In this document: positions 49,458-55,096 of the stretch, piece by piece
How the letters are laid out: every line of letters begins with the position of its first letter
Position numbering within the stretch: the stretch's first letter is position 1
Sequence record: DRR378314_661
Direction: 5' to 3' (one strand)
DNA: 55,096 bases
Made by a program: the position numbers and the translations under genes
The notes under the pieces: model-generated
Told to the model about the DNA's origin: nothing
Seen by the model: only the letters and a program-made list of their open reading frames with translations
The model's database searches: none

Positions 49458-49474
49458 CAATACTCGCCCCCATA

Positions 49475-49490
49475 TAAGTAGCATTGCGTA
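49475..49490. promoter_or_regulatory. candidate FixJ box 3 (rhodanese / sqr divergent region)
   Basis: TAAGTAGCATTGCGTA. Confidence 0.5.
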
Positions 49491-49539
49491 TTTGCGAAAG
49501 TGCTAATATACAATATCTCTCCTGCATGGAGGATTGGTC

Positions 49540-50817
49540 ATGGCAAAAGTCGTAATTCTCGGCGCCGGATTGGGTGGGCTTATCGCAGCCTTCGAAATCA
49601 AGAAAACGCTCGGCGATCAACACGATGTCGCGATCATCAGCGAGACCGATTACTACCAGTTTCAGCCTTCAAACCCTTGGGTGATCGTGGGATGGCGCCA
49701 ACGCTCGGATATAACCATCGACCTTGCCAAACCCCTGAAAAAGCGAGCCGTTGAACTGATTGTCGGCAAAGCGGTAAAGGTCGTCCCCGAAGAAAAATGC
49801 GTTCGAATGCCGAATGGCGACCGCATCTCCTATGACTATCTCGTAATTGCCACAGGACCCGAGCTTGCATTCGATGAAATTGAAGGCCTTGGTCCACGCG
49901 GCCACACACAGTCCGTGTGCCACATTGATCATGCGGAACAAGGATTCGCGGCTTTTGAAGCTTTTTGCAGGGACCCCGGGCCAATTGTGATCGGTGCTGC
50001 GCAGGGGGCATCCTGCTTTGGACCTGCGTACGAAACTGCTATGATCATCGAGACGGAACTGCGCAAACGGAAGATTCGCGATCAGGTACCAATGACCTTC
50101 ATTACGCCTGAACCCTATATCGGTCACCTCGGCCTCGACGGTGTGGGCGATACAAAGGGCTTGCTGGAAAGCGAAATGCGCGAACGGCATATAAAATGGA
50201 TTACCAACGCACGCGTTTCAGCAGCCAAAGCGACCTCAATCGAGCTAGAAGAACTTGATTTGAATGGGAACGTTGTGAAGAAACACGACCTTCCGTCCAA
50301 GTTTTCAATGCTGATGCCACCATTTCAGGGCGTGGAGGCCGTTCGCGGCGTCGATAATTTGGTCAATCCAAAAGGCTTCATCCTTACGGATGAGTTTCAG
50401 CGAAATCCGACTTGGCCAGATATCTTCGGTATTGGCGTCTGCATCGCAATACCGCCCATGGGACAAACACCCGTACCCGTCGGCGTCCCAAAGACAGGCT
50501 TCATGATCGAGTCAATGGTTGAGGCGACCGCGCGGAACATCAAGCAGCTGATTGATGGCGAGGTTCCAACTCACAAGGCTACATGGAATGCAATTTGCCT
50601 GGCGGACTTCGGGGATGGCGGCGTTGCCTTTGTCGCACAGCCACAGATCCCACCGAGAAATGTCAACTGGTCTGCCTCAGGTCGTTGGGTTCACATGGCG
50701 AAAGCTGGTTTCGAAAAATACTTCCTGCACAAACTGAGAACGGGAAAATCAGAGACCTTCTACGAAAATGCCGCCCTCGGACTTTTGAAGACTCACAAAC
50801 TGAAAGGTCACTCTTGA
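49540..50817 (+). CDS. sqr: sulfide:quinone oxidoreductase, type I (SqrA-like)
   Basis: GAGLGG, PSNPWV, SVCH..HA, SCFGPAYE, EPYIGHLGL, GVPKTGFMIESM, NAICLAD.G, H.AK..FEKYF; RBS GGAGG. Confidence 0.93.
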   Translation: MAKVVILGAGLGGLIAAFEIKKTLGDQHDVAIISETDYYQFQPSNPWVIVGWRQRSDITIDLAKPLKKRAVELIVGKAVKVVPEEKCVRMPNGDRISYDYLVIATGPELAFDEIEGLGPRGHTQSVCHIDHAEQGFAAFEAFCRDPGPIVIGAAQGASCFGPAYETAMIIETELRKRKIRDQVPMTFITPEPYIGHLGLDGVGDTKGLLESEMRERHIKWITNARVSAAKATSIELEELDLNGNVVKKHDLPSKFSMLMPPFQGVEAVRGVDNLVNPKGFILTDEFQRNPTWPDIFGIGVCIAIPPMGQTPVPVGVPKTGFMIESMVEATARNIKQLIDGEVPTHKATWNAICLADFGDGGVAFVAQPQIPPRNVNWSASGRWVHMAKAGFEKYFLHKLRTGKSETFYENAALGLLKTHKLKGHS

Positions 50818-50819
50818 TA

Positions 50820-51275
50820 ATGGCGACCAAACACATTGTTTGCACAAGATGCGGCACGATAAACCGAGTGCCCGCTGACAAGCAATTGGCAAGCGGCCAG
50901 TGTGGGGCATGTAAGTCAAAGCTCTCAACAGACACGCCAATTGACGTCAGCGAAACCATATTGAATCGCTTGTTGGCGAAAGATGAGGGCTCATTCCTAC
51001 TGGATGTTTGGGCGCCTTGGTGCGGCCCCTGTCGAATGATGGCACCAGCCTACATGGAAACAGCAAAGCACTATGGCGGAGCTTTGCGTTTTCTGAAACT
51101 GAACACTGAAGCGTTTCCGAATGCTGGCGCGGCATTGAACGTTCGCGGAATTCCCGCCCTGCTCATGTTTCAATCCGGCTCCATCGTGGATCAGCGCGCA
51201 GGAGTCATGACATCGCAAATGATGACCAAATGGATCGACAACTCAAACATCGTAGCGTCTCTAACGAAAACCTGA
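50820..51275 (+). CDS. trxC: thioredoxin 2 with N-terminal zinc finger
   Basis: CTRC..NRVP......CGAC and WAPWCGPC. Confidence 0.9.
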   Translation: MATKHIVCTRCGTINRVPADKQLASGQCGACKSKLSTDTPIDVSETILNRLLAKDEGSFLLDVWAPWCGPCRMMAPAYMETAKHYGGALRFLKLNTEAFPNAGAALNVRGIPALLMFQSGSIVDQRAGVMTSQMMTKWIDNSNIVASLTKT

Positions 51276-51294
51276 CTTAACACGGAGTATTGCA

Positions 51295-51498
51295 ATGAAC
51301 CTTGACCGCGCCGTTCTGGCATTCGCAGGCTTGATCGTTCTCGTGAGCCTTGCCCTCGGATACTGGGTTTCGTCCTACTGGCTGCTTCTTACCGCGTTTG
51401 CTGGGCTGAACATGGTTCAGGCTGCTTTCACGGGATTCTGCCCCGCGGCACTGATCTTTAAACTGTTCGGCGTTCGCAGCGGCTCTGCGTTTCGCTGA
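51295..51498 (+). CDS. DUF2892 (YgaP-like) membrane protein
   Basis: R.V..FAG, GLNM.Q..FTGFCP. Confidence 0.9.
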   Translation: MNLDRAVLAFAGLIVLVSLALGYWVSSYWLLLTAFAGLNMVQAAFTGFCPAALIFKLFGVRSGSAFR

Positions 51499-51550
51499 AG
51501 GATCAAGAAGGCCGAAGAACGCTTTCGACCCCTCCACTTCCCTGAATCAA

Positions 51551-51585
51551 AGCGCCCCTCACCTGAATACCAGGCAAGGGGCGCT
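51551..51585. terminator. hairpin between convergent genes
   Basis: AGCGCCCCT-CACCTG-aatac-CAGGCA-AGGGGCGCT. Confidence 0.65.
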
Positions 51586-51610
51586 GTCTGTTAAATTGAT
51601 CTGACTGGAT

Positions 51611-54223
51611 CTAGAACTTAGCCGTCAGACTGACCGAGAAGGTCTGACCACGATCATACGTATTGAACTCAGTACGTCCAAGTTCACCTTCGCTGATCTG
51701 ATACTCTTCATGAGCTTCATCAAGCAGATTGCGCCCGCTCAGCCCCAGCGTGAATTCGCGTCCAACCACTTCAAAATCACGGTTATAGACGAGGTCCAAC
51801 TGAATACCTGGATCTTCGATGATATCCGGCAGAGCCGCGCCTGGCAGATCAATGCCGCGCTGGAGAATACGATCATCAACCCAACCCACGAGTAAAGTGA
51901 GCTGTTCGACGTCAGATTCCCAACCAAACTGAGCGTTCAGAATGTTCTCAGGCGTGCCTTGCAAGTCAGATCCATCCAGACCGAAGAAGCTGGCGTCACG
52001 CAGAGACCGGGAAATCGGATCGAAAACCTGATCATTCTCATCAGCCTGCACTTCTGAAGACGTGTAGGTGTAGTTGATGGAGAACCGGCCGTCGCGATCG
52101 TTGAAGAACGAATTATCGAACGGGAATTCGAACAGAGTACGATACTCGAATTCACCGCCGAACAGTTCGGCTTTCGGGGAGTTGATGAACGTTGTTTCGA
52201 ACACGAAGGTTGAAGTGGAGTACTGGATTTCCTCGATAGGATTTTCCAGTTCCTTGTAGAAACCTGCAATCGTGATGAACTCGTTCGGGCCAAGATAGTA
52301 CTCAAGGCGCGCATCGTAGTTTGTCAGCTCTGTATCGACCAGCCCGTTATTACCCCGATAGGAGCGCTCACTTTCTGGATCGAAATAATTCGAAAGAGCG
52401 AGTTCCCGGAATTGTGGGCGAGCAATTGTCTGGGAATATCCAAGACGCAGTTGCAGATCTTCAGCGAAGTTCCACGTGAACGTCAAGGATGGCAGCAGAT
52501 AGTCATTTTCGAGATCGACTGCACCGGCGCCTTCATTGCCGAAACGGTCGAACGTGTTGACTGTCTGTTGGGCTTCTTCATAGCGGAGGCCCAGCGTGGT
52601 CTGGATGAAGTCCGTCCACTCAATGTCGCCCTCGACATAGGCGGCATAAACATCCAACTGACCCTCATAGGAGTCGTTTGGCGTGGTAATTTCCTGCAGC
52701 ACGAAACGCTGTGGGTCGATATTGTCAGGGCTGAAAAGGAAGTCGGGGCGTTGGATCTGAATATCTTCAGAGATCGAGTTGCCGCCGGCAAAACGGAAAG
52801 CGTAGAAATTGTATTCACGCTCGGTCGAGGAAACGTCAAAACCGCCCGACAGGACCGCCTCACGGGAATCGCTCAGCTCAATCGTGTATTCTGCATCGCC
52901 GCCGATACCTTTGATATCATCGGTAAGGTCGGAAAAGCGAATGTCGTAGCTGTTCGCGACCTGATAGGCCGGAACACCGTCATCGTTGATATAACGACGA
53001 AGCGAACGCTCATACGGCGCGTCACGCGTCGATTGAGCGACCGAACCGCGCCAGGACAAGACGAGATCATCAAACGTGTGCTCGCCGCGAAGCTGACCAA
53101 ACAGAAGGCCCCGCTCAAACCAGCCTGAGGATTCGTCGAAGATTTCGCCAGAGCTACCCTGCGCGTTGAAGTCCGTACCGGTATCAATCTGAGCTTCTTT
53201 CGACGTGTCATGCACGTAGAATACAGTCGCCTGGACTTCATGACCGGAATACCAGTTGATGGTCGCAGAACTTAGTGCGTTAACGGTCGCGTTGTAGTTC
53301 GTTTCCAGCGTCTGATAGTCGTTTCCGAGCACACCGCCCTGAACAAATTGGCGAGTCGCTTGCTTGGTGGCCCAACCGGAGTCAAATCCGGCAACACCAA
53401 TGATGCCGAGGTCAAACTCCTTGCCTTCAACGATCCGGCCGAACTCAACAGAACCGGTATAGTTTGGTTCCAGGTCCTTTTCCTGAATGACATTCAGAGG
53501 CGTGTTTACGAGGCTCTCACCCACAGCTTCGATGGCGTCGTCATCAAGGCTGTTCAAGCTTTGGTCCAGGCTCAGTACGAGTCCCAATGGTTGCGGGAAA
53601 TTGCGCAGACCATCATCATAACCGCTCCAGTCCGTGTCAGAACCGCGAACGAAGATGCCCTTGTCGAAGGTGGTCGCCGTGTTTGCACTGGCACCAAGCT
53701 TTACGTGAAAGAAGTTCTCGTTTGGTTGGCGAAGCGTTTGCAGGTCGATGATGCCGCCACCGAATTCGCCCGGATAGTTTACCGAGAAGGTTTTTTGGAC
53801 GGTTGCACCGTCAAGAGCGTTAGACGGAAACAGGTCCAGTGGAACTGTCCGGCGAAGTGGTTCTGGACTGGGAAGCGGCGAACCGTTCAAAAGTGCCGCC
53901 GAGTAGCGGTCACCCAGACCGCGAACATAGGCAAATTTGTCCGAAACAATACTAAGACCCGACAAGCGGGTCAGTGCGAGCGCAGCGTTGGAGTCGCCTT
54001 GGCGAGCCAAGTCTTCCGGCGCGAGAAACGATGCGACCTGCGACGTTTCACGTTGGGGTGCGGGGATGTACTCGCCTCGAACAACAACCGTTTCCAGTTC
54101 ACGTGCTTCTTCGGCGGTTTCTTCCTGCTCAGATGGAGCTTCTTGCGCAACGGCGGGAATGTGGTTTGCCAGGGCTAGCGCTGTCCCGAACAGCAAAGTC
54201 CCTTTTAGCAATTGGTGTCTCAT
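51611..54223 (-). CDS. TonB-dependent receptor
   Basis: Signal peptide, TonB box ETVVVRG, plug YVRGLG.RY...LNG..LPSP....R.VPLDLFP, S.TIARP.FRE, C-terminal F. Confidence 0.93.
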   Translation of the reverse strand: MRHQLLKGTLLFGTALALANHIPAVAQEAPSEQEETAEEARELETVVVRGEYIPAPQRETSQVASFLAPEDLARQGDSNAALALTRLSGLSIVSDKFAYVRGLGDRYSAALLNGSPLPSPEPLRRTVPLDLFPSNALDGATVQKTFSVNYPGEFGGGIIDLQTLRQPNENFFHVKLGASANTATTFDKGIFVRGSDTDWSGYDDGLRNFPQPLGLVLSLDQSLNSLDDDAIEAVGESLVNTPLNVIQEKDLEPNYTGSVEFGRIVEGKEFDLGIIGVAGFDSGWATKQATRQFVQGGVLGNDYQTLETNYNATVNALSSATINWYSGHEVQATVFYVHDTSKEAQIDTGTDFNAQGSSGEIFDESSGWFERGLLFGQLRGEHTFDDLVLSWRGSVAQSTRDAPYERSLRRYINDDGVPAYQVANSYDIRFSDLTDDIKGIGGDAEYTIELSDSREAVLSGGFDVSSTEREYNFYAFRFAGGNSISEDIQIQRPDFLFSPDNIDPQRFVLQEITTPNDSYEGQLDVYAAYVEGDIEWTDFIQTTLGLRYEEAQQTVNTFDRFGNEGAGAVDLENDYLLPSLTFTWNFAEDLQLRLGYSQTIARPQFRELALSNYFDPESERSYRGNNGLVDTELTNYDARLEYYLGPNEFITIAGFYKELENPIEEIQYSTSTFVFETTFINSPKAELFGGEFEYRTLFEFPFDNSFFNDRDGRFSINYTYTSSEVQADENDQVFDPISRSLRDASFFGLDGSDLQGTPENILNAQFGWESDVEQLTLLVGWVDDRILQRGIDLPGAALPDIIEDPGIQLDLVYNRDFEVVGREFTLGLSGRNLLDEAHEEYQISEGELGRTEFNTYDRGQTFSVSLTAKF

Positions 54224-54310
54224 GAGACTGTCCTTGTGAATCTTTACCCAGTCGTTCGTGATAGAAATGCCCCTCGAACTCTCGGGAAATACAAACCTGT
54301 GTAGGTGCAA

Positions 54311-54338
54311 GGTGCGGGCAACGCTCGTTGCCCGCACC
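54311..54338. other. intergenic 13-bp inverted repeat
   Basis: GGTGCGGGCAACG-ct-CGTTGCCCGCACC between the secreted-protein gene and the TBDR. Confidence 0.6.
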
Positions 54339-54354
54339 CCGCAAATGCCTCTGG

Positions 54355-55096
54355 CTAGCAAGCGTCGCTAGCTTCCAGTCCGCAGGACCATCCCTGCCAC
54401 CATGTGTCAGAGCTGTCCTTGACGGCGCCGATGTAATCAACCGGGTCGAGATCGGACGAAATCGTCGTGACATCGAATGCAGTGACACCAGACTCGGCGG
54501 CTCCATTTACAAACGTGGAAGACAGCGTCGACGCGGTCGTCGTTGAGTTGTTTGTGCCAGCTGCAACAGACGCTTCAGCGATTGCCGTTTCGGAATTCGA
54601 CGTGGTTAGGCCGAGGTCACAGTCAAACAGTACCGAGTCGAAAGCGGGGTCCGATCCGGCATCATACGTCGTGTTGCCATCACCGGCGCTATCCTGCCAA
54701 CGCATGCACTCTTTTCCGTAGTTCACCACGCCGTTGACGTAACGACCAACCGTACCTGTGTTCAGGCGGAAGGCGTTCGTGCGGTTACCGACGAAAGTGA
54801 AGTTGGAAATTTTGGCGTTCGACAGTGGCGTGACACCAGAACCAGCGCTGGAGGCTTCAACGATATTGTCACCGCCGCTTTCGCGCTGAACCACGATGGC
54901 ATACTGAATGGAGCCATTGTAGCCATTGTCCGTATCGATCGAGTCATCGTCGTTGCCGGTCAGCACCAGGTACTTCACGTTGACGCCGCCACCGAAGAAT
55001 TCGACCCCGTCGTCCGCGTTGTTGTGGACCTGAATGTATTCAACTTCAGTTCCGGTTCCAACACCAGCGAAGGTGATGCCGTTCAGTTCGTTACCA
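54355..55096 (-). CDS. secreted beta-helix-like protein / lipoprotein, 5'-truncated
   Basis: Frame is open to the window end (GNELNGITFAGVGTGTEVEYIQVHNNADDGVEFFGG); DDSIDTD.GY.G..Q and C-terminal YIGA......W..GW. Confidence 0.8.
   Translation of the reverse strand, partial: GNELNGITFAGVGTGTEVEYIQVHNNADDGVEFFGGGVNVKYLVLTGNDDDSIDTDNGYNGSIQYAIVVQRESGGDNIVEASSAGSGVTPLSNAKISNFTFVGNRTNAFRLNTGTVGRYVNGVVNYGKECMRWQDSAGDGNTTYDAGSDPAFDSVLFDCDLGLTTSNSETAIAEASVAAGTNNSTTTASTLSSTFVNGAAESGVTAFDVTTISSDLDPVDYIGAVKDSSDTWWQGWSCGLEASDAC

Noticed and set aside
1..55096. CRISPR arrays, IS elements, prophage genes or tandem repeat arrays
   Set aside because: None seen by eye. Intergenic gaps are short and the hairpins do not share a common repeat sequence.

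Overview
Chromosomal segment of an alphaproteobacterium. Gene content and protein style suggest Caulobacterales/Hyphomonadaceae (inference). From left to right: 3' end of tRNA-Cys, a candidate small RNA and tRNA-Asn; exoD, sdaA, an FAD monooxygenase, a zf-CHCC protein and an ABC ATPase; the conserved tsaE-amgK-murU-addB-addA-trxA cluster; ferredoxin reductase plus 2Fe-2S ferredoxin; a thioesterase; a membrane-anchored TIR protein; ychF; an ATP-grasp-like/acyltransferase pair behind a sigma54-type promoter; a corrinoid uptake and salvage cluster with a cobalamin riboswitch; the complete cbb3 oxidase cluster ccoNOQP-ccoGHIS; a divergent small CxxC protein-fixL-fixJ-fixT-like unit; a sulfide module (rhodanese-MFP-RND divergent from sqr-trxC-DUF2892); and a TonB-dependent receptor preceded by a partial secreted-protein gene. 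I found no transposase, integrase, prophage gene or CRISPR array. The most interesting signals are: (i) a 16-bp FixJ-like palindrome in front of ccoN, the fixT-like gene and the sqr/rhodanese promoter region, with no fixK gene and no canonical FixK box at ccoN, suggesting a directly FixJ-controlled unit linking sulfide oxidation to microaerobic respiration; (ii) a probable CtrA-controlled sRNA between the tRNAs; (iii) an uncharacterised HCWGC membrane protein heading fixLJ; (iv) a TIR protein with Ala at the usual catalytic Glu position. All calls come from reading motifs by eye; no database search was run.
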